A stretch of DNA of 64,000 nucleotides from Fonticula alba ATCC 38817. Taxonomy: Eukaryota; Protista; Nucleariida. Positions 1 to 10,867 of this stretch are shown piece by piece. Position 1 is the stretch's first letter. Each line of letters opens with the position of its first letter. A model generated the notes under the pieces. That model saw nothing but the letters and a program-made list of their open reading frames with translations, was not told where the DNA came from and ran no database searches. Location of the stretch: the NCBI GenBank assembly GCA_000388065.2, contig KB932203.1. One strand, given 5' to 3'. The translations under genes and the position numbers were made by a program.

Positions 1-48
1 CCCGCGCCCTCCTCACTTTCATTTGGCGAGCCTGGCCCGAAAACCAGC

Positions 49-406
49 ATGGAGACAGGTCCCGCCTCGGCCCTGAACTCCTCGACACCGCCCTCCGCCG
101 CCCTACCGTCTCACTGGCCGATGGCCGCACCACCCCCACCCCCACCCGCCCCGGGCCCACCATCTGCGATGGCGGCCCTGATTCTCCCCCTCGAGCCTCC
201 GGGCCCTGGCAACTCGCCGTTCACGCCGTCCTCCGGCGTGGCCGGCACCGACTCGCCGGCGGGCACCGGCCGCTCGACCGGCGTCGCCCGCAAGACGCCG
301 GCCCTGCGTCGCGTCACTCGCGCCTGTTCCAACTGCCAGACGAAGCACGTTGGCTGTGACCACCACCGTCCCTGCGGGTGCGCCATCGCTTTCTCTCTCT
401 CTCCCT

Positions 407-437
<31 letters not shown>

Positions 438-511
438 CTGTGCGTGCTTGGTCCGGGGCCTCGCTCACCTAGTTTGCCTTGGCCTTCCTGCCTCCGTGTC
501 CCCCACCGTCA

Positions 512-560
<49 letters not shown>

Positions 561-3449
561 TGCTGCTGCTGCTCTGATTGCCACGCCACAGGCGCTGCGT
601 TAAGAAGAACATCGCTGATACCTGCGTCGACGGAGAGCAGCTCAAGCGCGGTTGGAAGAAGGGACGCCTTCGGAAGGCCCGGCATCCGGTCGACGGCACA
701 ACCGAGAATACGGCCGGCGCCGTTGCCGTCGCCGCTCCCGCCACCGCCACTACCACCAGTGGTACCATGCCGCCAGCGGGCTCGGCACCAGTTGCCGCCG
801 CCGGCGCACCCCTGACTGCCGCCGAGGCAGCTACCGCCGCCAGTGCGGGCATCGGTCGCCGGGTTCCCCCTCACCATGTGCCGGCCCATTCGACTCAGGC
901 TCGCACTCCTGTCCAGTACCAGCAACAGATGGCCTCCTCCCCCGCATCGGTCTATGCGGGACTTCCGCATGGCACCCCCAGCGAGGGCTACCTGTCGTCC
1001 AGTCAGCTTGGCTCCGGCGCCTGGCAGCATGCCTCCCAACATGCGCAGTTCGCCTTGGCCGGCGCCCAAGCTGCCTTCCCGCGGGTGACCTCGCCCCCGG
1101 ATCTTGGTGCCCCCACCGAGTCCCTTCTCCCGGCCACATCTATGGCCACCCTCCTCTGGCAACAGCAACAGCAGCAACAGCAGCAGCAGCAGCAACAGCA
1201 GCACCAGCAGCAGCAGCAGCAACAGCAGCAACAGCAGCAGCAGCAGCAACAGCAGCAACAGCAGCAGCAGCAGCAACAGCAGCAACAGCAGCAACAGCAG
1301 CAACAGCAGCAGCAGCAAATGCAGCAGATGCAACAGATGCAGCAGATGCAGCAGATGCAGCAAATGCAACAGATGCAGCAGCAGCAGCAACAGCAACAGG
1401 CGCAGCAGATGCAGCAGGTCTCCAGTCCGATGATCGCACTGCGCATGGCGCCGGCCTCCGCGCCGACACCGGCTCCCATGTCGACAGCGGCTTCTGTCAC
1501 CGCGTCGCCCACTTCGGCTCCCGCCCTGGGCGCCCCGCAGGAGCAGCTCCTTTTCGAGCAAATCCGTCGGCTGGCCAGTAACGAAAATGCTCCGCAGCTT
1601 CTGGAGCTCCTGCAAAACTTGTTTACTTCCCGAGGCCAGACTTCGCAGCCGGTGCCCTCCCCGGTCCCGGCCCCTGCCCCGGCCCCTATCCCCTCCCCTC
1701 TCGCCAATGGTACGCCCTTTTGGTGTCCCCTCCCCTCTTCTTTCCTCCCCTGCCTTTAGCCCATGCCCCCTCACGCCCCCTCACCCTCCCCCCCCCTCCC
1801 CCCCTCACGCCCCCCGCCGTTTGCCAACGCGATATTCCCTTCCTTCCCGCGCATCAACCAGCCATCCCCATCATCCCGTACGTCCCCGATGCCCTGTTTC
1901 TCTCGCCTGGCCGTCGGCCCTCCTCGCAAATGGTCATACTCACCCCGTGCGCGGCTTTTCAGGAACATGCCCCCTGTCACGGCGCAGCCCATGCCGACGG
2001 CCTCGGCCTCCCGACCGACCATCCTGCCGGCAAACATGCTGCCCAATCCCGGCATCACCACCGCCGTGGCTACCACCGCCTCTCCGGCCGCCTCGACCTC
2101 CCCCTTGAGCCAGCTCCTGGAGCCGGCCCTGGACTCGCCCGCCTCGCCGGCTACCTGGCCCACACCCCTGGCCAAACGCCAGCGCATTGAGGACGCTCCC
2201 GCCCCGCCGGCCATGGCGACGGCCCCGGCGCCCGCGACAACCGCCCAGTGCCTGACCCTGCGCGTGGTCATCGCCAACACCTCGATCATCGCCTACTCCA
2301 GTCTGGAGGCCGCGGCGGTCATCCTCGGCCCCGGGCATGTGCCGGACTCCTGGATCGGCCATCCTCTGTCGACTCTCGTTCACCCCGAGGACCTGCCCAT
2401 CATGGTGCACCTGCTGAACATGGCCGATCGGTCGGCCTCGCGTGGCATGGCCCGCTTCCGGTTCCTGTCCGACCGGGCGGACTCCTCCAATTCGGACTTC
2501 CGCTGGATGGACATCTGTGGCACGGCGGTGCCCACCCCGGGCGGCAAGTGCTTCAGCGTGGATTTGGCCCTGCGCCGGGCGCACGCCTGGGCCCCGGCCG
2601 ACGCGGTCGCAAATGCCCCCGCGGCAGCCCCCACCACCGCCACTGTCACCGCCACCCCCGCCAGCCGCGCGCCTTCCCTCCCCGCGACCCGGTCCCAGTC
2701 CGGACCCGGGGGCGACCCGTTCATTGCGCCGGCCCAGCGCTCGGCCACCGGCCTCGGGATCGACAACGACTCGTCGCCGGATGCCACGGCCATTCTCCGG
2801 TTGTCGGGCTCCTCCCCGGCGACCGGGGGCTTTCCCCACTTGACAGCGCTGCCCATGTCTTCGCCGCTGGCTTCGCCGCTTCCCGGGCCCGGGGAATCGC
2901 CGGCTGCGGTGGCGGCTTCGGCCGCGGCCGCCCTGCTGGCCGTCGGGTCCCCCTCGGCGCCACAGACCCCGAGCGAGTCGCATGTGGACTCGCCGCATGC
3001 CGCCATCATGGCGACCACCGCGGCCGGCCCGGCTGGTGGACCCACATCCAGCCCCGGCGGCAACTTCACCCCCCAGCAGCAGGCTCCCCAGCTTTTCTCC
3101 TGGCAGTCGTCCTTCCCCCTGTCGCTGCCGCCCACGTCAACCGGTGCGTCCGCCGGCGTGCCCTCACCGTCATCCGGCGTGCCCTCCGGCTGACTGTGTG
3201 TGCTTTCCCTGCCATCTCGCTCCCCCCCCCCCTCCCCCACCCCTTCCGTCCTCCGGCTCCTGCTCCGCGCGGCGCTTCTTTCGCCAGCCTCCCTGCGGCA
3301 AACTCTCTCGGATTTCCTGCAAAACCCGACGGCCAGCGGCGTGGATGGCCTCCAGGCATCCCTCGGCAAGTATCAGGCCGCTTTGCAGGCGGATTCGCCA
3401 CGCGCTGCCGGGGCCGATTCGGCCCTGTTGGCTGCCCTGGTTCCGGCGG

Positions 3450-3480
<31 letters not shown>

Positions 3481-3808
3481 GGCGGCGGCGACGGCGACCA
3501 CGGGGCCAGCGACGGCGGCCCAGCCGCAGCCTGCCGCCCCGTCTGCATCGCCCTCCATCGGCGGCCTGGCCAATGCCGGGTACCTGGTGCTGGGGCAGGG
3601 TGCTCGGAGTGGCTCCTCGGCTTCTCTGCCCTCCGCAACCGCCTCCGCCGCTGCCCTGGCAGGCTCCTCCGGCTCCAGCGCGCAGGACCTCCTTTCGCCA
3701 CCGCCTTCCTCCGCGGCCAGCAGCGATGTGGCCTTCCTTTTGAGCCCGACCGCGCCCGACAGCGGCTCACTGCTCGCGGCTGCCTCGCCCAATAGCCTGC
3801 CCATGTCT

Positions 3809-3853
<45 letters not shown>

Positions 3854-5687
3854 TCCAGGGCGACGGCGGCGCGCTTGCGCTCGGTCCCTGACACCCAGCC
3901 GACGGCTGCCCTGTCGGCCTTCCTCAAGATGGCTCCATCGGCATCGGTGGCTCCCACCGCGGCCACCAGTACCTGGGGCGCTCCGACCCCGGCCAGCCAA
4001 GCCTCCACGCCGGCTGGCCTTCCTGCCACCATGGCCGCCGCCGCCGCCACCACCACCACCACCGCCACTACCAGCGGGACCACCATTCCCGCCTCTGTCG
4101 CCAGCGCCGACGCCATGGGTTCGGTCGGTGTCTCGCGGGGCGTCCATGATGCCGCACAGGCGGCGGCCTCCACATCGACCGCTGTGTCCACTCGGCAGAT
4201 GGCCATGGCCATGACGCCGGTCTCCACCGCCGGGCCGACCACGGTCCCTGCCACTCACTCGCCCGCCATGCCGACCCCCGCCACCGGGTCACACACTCCC
4301 CATCACCATGCGCACGAGGGGCCGGACCATGGGACGCATGGCCACGCGCACCATGGTCAGCATGACCACGGCCAGCATCCCCGGCAGCAGCAGCAACAGC
4401 AGCAGCAACAGCAGCAGCGCCACCACCACCACCAGCGGCAGCAGCAGCAGCAGGAGCATCATCATGCCCAGCACCACGTCCACCACGACCACCACCATCA
4501 CCACCACGACCACCACCTTGAGGACGACTCGCCCGAGGCCGAGGCCGTTGCCACGCTCCGGGCTTTGAGCCACTCCTCCTCCGGCATCTTCCAGTCTCCC
4601 CAGTCCCAGAGCAAGGAGGATTCCGGGGCACCGGAGAGCGGTGCCGGCGGCCCGGTTGGTAGCCCGGGCACCGGAAGCGGGGACCCAGACACGCCGGCCG
4701 GTGCCCCGGCCGCCGGCACCCCCGGGGCCCTGCTGGCGTCGGATCTGTCCGACGCCTCGAGTCCGGGCTTCGATGTGCTGGGTGCCGGGGGCCGGGGCAT
4801 CACCGGGACTGGCTCCGGCACTCCCTCGACTGCCTCGGACGCTGGCGCCGGCGCCGGCGCCGAGAAGCATGTGGAATTCTCGCTGAAGTATGCCAGCTTC
4901 GATGCCCAGTGCGAGGGCGATGCCCTGCAGGTGGCCCGAGTGCTGGAGATCCCCCTGGGGGCGGCCAACCTCTCGGACACCATCCTGGCGCCGGGGTTCC
5001 TGCAGTCGCGCACGCACGCCGATGATGATGGCAAGCTCTCGCACCACTTGACCAGCCTGCTGCACCGGCACCTGCGCAGCTCGGACTTCTTCCTGCGGTT
5101 GCGGCTCGGACCGCGGGCGGCCCCGAGCATGGGGGAATCCCCCCCGGGCGGGGGGGGCCCTGACCATGCCGGATCCTCTCCCCAGGCCGCGGGGGAGCAC
5201 CACCCGGCCGGTCGCCCCGCGGCGCCGGACTCCTCCCCGGCCGCCGCCGGGGCCGGTGGTCCAGGCAAGGCAGCCTCGCGGTCGCCGCTGGGCGGTGACA
5301 GCCACCGCTTCGCTTGGTTCCATGTGATGGCCAATGCCATTGTCGGACCCTTTGAATATGTGCGTTCCGGCCTTTTCCCCTTTTTTTTCTCCCTCTCTCC
5401 GTCCCTCTCTCTCCCTCTCTCTCTGTATCCCTATCAGGTTGGTGGCGTGCTCGCTCCCCCTCCCTTCTGGATGCAGGGTCCCTGGCCTTTCATATACATG
5501 ATGGGCTTGCTAACATGGGTCCCCCACCCGCTCCTCCACACATGCCCTCCATGTCCTCCCCCCCCCCATACCGGCCCCTCGCCGTCCGCGGTGACACCTC
5601 ACACCCGCCCAGGACCCCGTCTGGGTGGATTGCCAGTTCCGTCGGCTGCCCTCGAGTGAAATGCCCAAAAACAGCCTCACCTACTGA
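49..5687 (+). CDS. Zn(II)2Cys6 binuclear-cluster transcription factor with polyQ and two PAS-like domains (Rds2/Ert1/Gsm1/AcuK-like); predicted join(49..377,592..1709,1862..1877,1963..3143,3288..5359,5613..5687), about 1596 aa
   Basis: Splicing intron 378-591 (GTGCGC...CTGAT...CAG) gives RACSNCQTKHVGCDHHRPCGRCVKKNIADTCVDG, a six-Cys cluster. PAS-like LVHPEDL segment at about 2250-2580; second PAS-like segment at about 4870-5360 plus the last exon. All introns are GT-AG and phase-compatible, and the total of 4791 nt is divisible by 3. The last exon is the least certain. Confidence 0.85.
1159..1415 (+). repeat. Coding CAG/CAA polyglutamine tract ending in (QQM)n units
   Basis: About 60 Gln codons followed by repeated CAG-CAG/CAA-ATG units in exon 2 of the zinc-cluster gene. 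Confidence 0.95.
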
Positions 5688-6268
5688 TGGGCGGGGGAAG
5701 GGCGCACGCGTGGGTTGTCGCTGATCAGCGCGTGTGTGTGCACGCGCGCGCACGCACGCACACGCGTATGCGCCCCGGCATGCGCTTCGGCATCTCCGTT
5801 GGTCAGACCCTGCTCCCTCCTTGTGCCCCCCTCCTTGCGCCCCCTCTTCCTCTTCTCGGCGGCACGCCCACACCCACACCGATCCCTCTGGCCCGCATTT
5901 TCCACAGGCGGCCAAAAGGGGCACACTTGTCCTTGGTTTCCTTCTCCTCCCTCTCCCTCTCTATCTCTCTCTCTCTCCTCCCTCACCTTCTCCATGCTTG
6001 GCCATGGCTCTCCAACGCTCTCCTCTTAGGGAAGTCCTCCCCCCCCCCTCCCCTCCCTCCTCTCCCCCATACAATAGACCCCTAGTTTTCTCAATCCCTC
6101 AAAAGGTGTCTGCGGCCCCTCCCATATGACCGCCGGCGCACATGTAGACCTGTCACCCCGCATTGTCCATCACCCGAAAGAGGCATCTGTCCATTACGAT
6201 CACCGGGGGGATGCACCCCCCGAGGGACGTCCCGGGCTGTTGCATCCAGCGACCGGAAGGGGCACACA

Positions 6269-8614
6269 CTACTCCGGGGAATGGTCCTCACCGCCGGACT
6301 CGCTGTCACCAAGCCCGGCGTCCATCTGGGCCACCGGGCCGGGGGCCAGATACTCAGCCGCCAGGGCAAGATCAATCTTGACCGGTCGCGCCGACTGGGG
6401 ATTCCGACAGTTGATCCAAAGTGCGGTGAAGTCCCCGGCGAGGAGGGCATCCTCGGTGTCGGAGCCCGACGCATCGTCCTCCCACTTGGCCAGGACTGGC
6501 GGGGGCACAAAATGAGGCGCCCCCGGGGGGGGCTGGCCCGCGGACCCGGCCGGAGCATCGGCCACTTCCCCCGGGCACCCTCCCGCCGCTGGCAGGCTGC
6601 CACCTATGACAGTGGCAAGGGGTCGGAAGTTCCGAATGGCCGCGGCCACCTGCCGGCCGGGCGAGGCCCCTCCGGACAAGACCCACAGCTGCTGCCCTGG
6701 ACCGACATCCGGCGGGGCAATGGCCAGGGTCCGGAGGAACTCCGCCGGCAGGGTATCCCCCGGCCGGGGGCAAGTGGCCCCCCCGGTGACGGTCGTCCGC
6801 TCGAAGGCCGGCGATCCGGCGGCCATGGCCGCCGAGAGGGCCTGCTTGGCACCGGCATACGCCACCTCCACCCGGCTGGCCGGGCTCCCGGCATCGGCCA
6901 GGGTCTCCGCCGCACCGAGATACCGATCGCAAGGGCCCGCCGGCTCGGCGCCACCGGCGGCCACGCCCTGCCGCAAATCCGGCCGCTCCCAGTCGGCGAA
7001 GGTGAGCTGACTGCCCGACGCCTGGGCCTCCCCCGAGACCGGGGCCCCAGGCAATCGACCAGGGTATGCCACGATGACCAGGCGCTCGGTCACGGTTGGA
7101 GCCTTGCCACGCGAACGCCCGGCCTTCCCCCGGCCAAATACCCAGTCCCGGTGCTGGTGCGTGGCCCGCCAGGCCCGGACCAGCCCCGAAACCGGGGCCC
7201 CGACGCGCTCGGCGAAGTACGCCTGCCGGCGATAAGCCAGGTCCAGCAGATCCCGCTGCTGCTCCGGGTCCCTGCTGACCGCCAGCGGGGACTTGGAGTT
7301 CGCGGAGGTGCTCGGGGCACTGGCCCCCGGGCCCGGGGGACTGGGCTCCGGTGAGGGAGATCGCCCGCGGCGGCCGCCCCGCTTGGTGGCGGCCTTGCCC
7401 GCCTTGCCCGCCTTGCCAGCGGACCGCCCACCACGACCTCCCGGCGCGGGCTCCGGCTCGGGCTCCGGCGAGGGGGACCGGCCACGCCGGGCACCACGCT
7501 TGGTGGACCCCTTGCCTGGGCGGCCAGACCCGGCCCGAGGCCCGGCATCGTCGCCAGGCCCGGCGGGGCCAGGGCCGTCCTCCTCGCCGAGCCCCGGCGG
7601 CCGGGCAAACAGAGTCCCCCGGGCCAGGTGCTGCTGGATGGCCGTGTCACAGGCATCGCGCGCGCCGCCGCCGGACGGCAGCCCCACCGCCACACAGTCG
7701 CCCTCCAGCACAGACAGCAGGCGCTCCGACTGCCAAACTACCGGAGTCCGGCGGCCGGTCATTTGCAGCAGCTCGGCATATCCCCCGAGGCCGAGCCAGT
7801 GAACATGGTCCAGGGACACCAGGGCATGTGTATAGCGCGTGGCCAGACGCACCGCGGCCGGGTGATCGCCGAAGCCCCCGGGCGAGAGGAGCACCGACAG
7901 CCGGGCCCACCGGCGGAGCAGTTGCGCGAAGACCGTCACAAACCACAGGAGCTGGGCTCGGCCAAGGCGACCACCGGGCGACAGGGCATCCCCCGGGCCG
8001 GATGCAGCCAGCTGCCGGGCAAAGTCATCGGTCGAGGGGGAGTCCGCCGGCTCGCGGGTGTCGTCGCTGCTGTCGCTGGCGCCATCGCCGCGGTCGGCGT
8101 CAGCGGCGTCAGCGGCGTCAGCGGCATCATCGGCGTCTCCGGCAGCGGCGCTGATGCTGGCCGGCGCCGTGCTCAGCGACATGATGTCGGCCATGGCCAG
8201 GGCGGCCTCGGCCGCAGCATCAATCACCACCCGACGGTCGGACTCGGGCTTGGGAAGGGCGGCACCCGAGGCCGGGGAGATTGGCGAGGGAGAGGCCGCG
8301 GGGGATGCCGCGTCGGTCGATCGCCGCGGTCGGATGAAGAAGCTGCCCCCGGCAGGATCGCCAAGCATCTCCCACTCGGCCGGGTCATACTGCTCGGCGT
8401 CCTCGGCATCGCTGCCGGACGCGTTGGCCGCGTCGCGCGATCCCGGGAAGAGAAAGGTCGTCGAGGCCTGGCAGGCCTCCACCGTCGGGGGGAAGAGCGA
8501 CCCATTGAGGACCAGGATGTCGACATCGGCTCCCTTGCCGGTGTGGAGATACTTTTGCAGGGCGACCAGCCGTCGAGTACACCCTCGGAGATCGGAGGCG
8601 ACGAGAACTTTCAT
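6269..8614 (-). CDS. Intronless 781-aa protein with a degenerate calcineurin-like metallophosphoesterase fold (Icc/TT1561-like) interrupted by low-complexity inserts
   Basis: N-terminus MKVLVASDLRG...DVDILVLNGSLFP resembles motifs I/II (DxH, GD). Later segments HWLGLGG, GRQVAAAIRNFRPLATVIGG and ALWINCRNPQSARPVKIDL follow the family order. Single open frame with GC3-rich codons. Confidence 0.6.
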   Translation of the reverse strand: MKVLVASDLRGCTRRLVALQKYLHTGKGADVDILVLNGSLFPPTVEACQASTTFLFPGSRDAANASGSDAEDAEQYDPAEWEMLGDPAGGSFFIRPRRSTDAASPAASPSPISPASGAALPKPESDRRVVIDAAAEAALAMADIMSLSTAPASISAAAGDADDAADAADAADADRGDGASDSSDDTREPADSPSTDDFARQLAASGPGDALSPGGRLGRAQLLWFVTVFAQLLRRWARLSVLLSPGGFGDHPAAVRLATRYTHALVSLDHVHWLGLGGYAELLQMTGRRTPVVWQSERLLSVLEGDCVAVGLPSGGGARDACDTAIQQHLARGTLFARPPGLGEEDGPGPAGPGDDAGPRAGSGRPGKGSTKRGARRGRSPSPEPEPEPAPGGRGGRSAGKAGKAGKAATKRGGRRGRSPSPEPSPPGPGASAPSTSANSKSPLAVSRDPEQQRDLLDLAYRRQAYFAERVGAPVSGLVRAWRATHQHRDWVFGRGKAGRSRGKAPTVTERLVIVAYPGRLPGAPVSGEAQASGSQLTFADWERPDLRQGVAAGGAEPAGPCDRYLGAAETLADAGSPASRVEVAYAGAKQALSAAMAAGSPAFERTTVTGGATCPRPGDTLPAEFLRTLAIAPPDVGPGQQLWVLSGGASPGRQVAAAIRNFRPLATVIGGSLPAAGGCPGEVADAPAGSAGQPPPGAPHFVPPPVLAKWEDDASGSDTEDALLAGDFTALWINCRNPQSARPVKIDLALAAEYLAPGPVAQMDAGLGDSESGGEDHSPE
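7330..7520 (-). repeat. Two copies of a basic/Ser-Pro peptide unit TKRG(A/G)RRGRSPSPEP inside the phosphoesterase-like ORF
   Basis: Translated copies TKRGARRGRSPSPEPEPEP and TKRGGRRGRSPSPEPSPP, separated by a GKAGKAGKA linker. Confidence 0.8.
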
Positions 8615-8618
8615 TGTT

Positions 8619-8654
<36 letters not shown>

Positions 8655-8820
8655 ATTGGCTACCGATGTGCGGAGGAAGGCATGTGCGTGCGAGGGCAGA
8701 AGGAACGCGGAGAGGGCCGGCGAGGTGCTGCGGTGATGGGATATTGCTGTTGGATGAGGGAACAATCGCCGGACCGCGCCCAGGTGCCGAGTCATCGTGG
8801 AGCAATGCTCCCTCCCCGCG

Positions 8821-8907
<87 letters not shown>
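8821..8907. repeat. 87-bp poly-C/poly-G homopolymer upstream of the phosphoesterase-like gene
   Basis: Uninterrupted C run seen directly. Confidence 0.9.
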
Positions 8908-9510
8908 TGGGGCTCACGCACATCCCTGCCTCGGCTTCTTGCTGCCACGCCCGCCCGCGTCCGTGCCCCCGTCCGCCATTGGGAGCACCGCCCGGGAGAT
9001 CGCGAGACGCTGGATCGGTGGCATCTGGGTTTGACGGTCGGATTAACACTTAACTCGCCCCTCTTTCGCGAATGGAATGTATTCTATCGGAATGGGAATC
9101 TGAATGTGTGCGCGTGCGCCTGCTGGGGCTGCTAGTTGTGCGGAACAGCGCCGGGCGACAAAGGCACAGAGCAGGGGGACGGCACCGGCGGCAGACGGGG
9201 CCGGACATGGGCTCATGACAGGTGAGGGGCAGATGTTGAGGGCTTGTCCTGCCCTTGTGTCCGTCTCTTCTGCTGGCCGTCCCTCCTCCGGCCGCCAGCC
9301 AGCCAGGCACACTGGGTCCCGCTCTGTGTTGTTACGAAGGAGATATCTATCAAAATTGCACACACCATGTGCGCGATATTCGGAAAGGCGATGAGAGGAG
9401 GATGGGGGGGGGGGGCGGACAGCGGGACGGGTAGGGGGGGGGGGGGGGGCCCGGGGCGGCCCTGGCCCGGGTTGGAGGGTGTCTTTCTCGTCGATTCGCC
9501 CCCCCCCCCC

Positions 9511-9638
9511 CCCTCCCCTCCCGCCAATGGTACGCCCTTTTGGTGTCCCCTCCCCTCTTCTTTCCTCCCCTGCCTTTAGCCCATGCCCCCTCACGCCCCC
9601 TCCCCCTCCCCCCCCCTCCCCCCCTCACGCCCCCCGCC
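9511..9638 (+). repeat. 128-bp near-identical copy of 1691-1818 ending at an N gap (probable mis-assembly)
   Basis: Offset 7820 bp with only 2 mismatches (1701/9521 and 1783/9603). It includes the donor site and intron 2 of the zinc-cluster gene. Confidence 0.85.
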
Positions 9639-9743
9639 NNNNNNNNNNNNNNNNNNNNNNNNNNNNNNNNNNNNNNNNNNNNNNNNNNNNNNNNNNNNNN
9701 NNNNNNNNNNNNNNNNNNNNNNNNNNNNNNNNNNNNNNNNNNN

Positions 9744-9808
<65 letters not shown>

Positions 9809-10266
9809 ATGGGACGACGGCGGGGGCGGGGGCGGGGCCTGGGTCGCCGCTGGCGATGAGGCCAGCCCGGCGGACCCTGGGTAGGAGGCGTCGGAGGCCC
9901 GGCGCCCGGTGCCACTGCCGGCCGGCCCGGCCATCAAGATGCCATCTTGGTGGATGACCAGTGCCGGGGGGGGAGGAGGCACGGCCGCCCCGCCTCCGGT
10001 GCCGCTGGTCCCGCCGTTGGCGCTCGGCGAGGCAGATGTGCCCATGGCCGGGGATGGGCCCAGCCAGGGGCCCGGCGAGGGCCCCCCGCTGGACACCCTT
10101 CCCGCGCCTCCGGGGGTACGGGCATCTCCCCCACCGCCGGCGAGGATGTTTGTGGGCGCCTGGTCCACATCCTCCACCAGCATCAGCAGTTGGTGGTGGT
10201 GGAAGCTCAGGGGCCGAGCGGGTGTGTTGGCTGCCGGGCCTGTGGTATTGCCACCACCACCGCCTC

Positions 10267-10297
<31 letters not shown>

Positions 10298-10825
10298 AGT
10301 GCTGAGCCCCGCGGAATCGGTGGAGCTGGCGCTCAGGCAGCGACGCATGGTGAGCTCGCTGTCGGCCGCGGGTGGCTGCAAAAGCCCGTATTGGCCGCCG
10401 GCGCCGGCGCCAGGCCCAAGCCCAAAGGGACTGGTCGAGGAGGATGACCCCGTGGAAGAGGCCCCGGCTGCCGAGGCGGACGACGTAGACAGCTGCGCCA
10501 TGGACAGGGCATTGCCGCTGCCATGGCCGCCGCTGCCCGCGCCGCTGCCACCATGCCCAGGCGGCGCGGGGACCGGCGGCTGCCCGGCCGTGGCGTCGAA
10601 GCTGCCCGAGCGTGCATTCGGCCCCCCGAAGGACGGGAACCGCGAGTCGAAGTGCTGGCCGGATGCCATATTGCCGGAGCAGCCTTCGCCGGAACTCGAC
10701 TGCAGCGGCGGCGGCGGCGGCGGCGGAGGCAGCAGACCGCCATCCTCCAGGGCGCCAGGCCCCGAGGCGTAGAAGCTAGTACCGGGTGTCGAGCCACCCC
10801 CGGGGTATTGGCCATTACCGGCCTG

Positions 10826-10867
<42 letters not shown>

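Noticed and set aside
1003-1707. Poly-Cys and poly-Leu ORFs resembling metallothionein or membrane proteins
   Set aside because: They are reverse-strand readings of the CAG polyQ tract.
6281-7354. 357-aa plus-strand ORF, and many similar long Arg/Gly/Pro-rich ORFs across the window
   Set aside because: Antisense or alternate-frame shadows of real GC-rich genes; no motifs.
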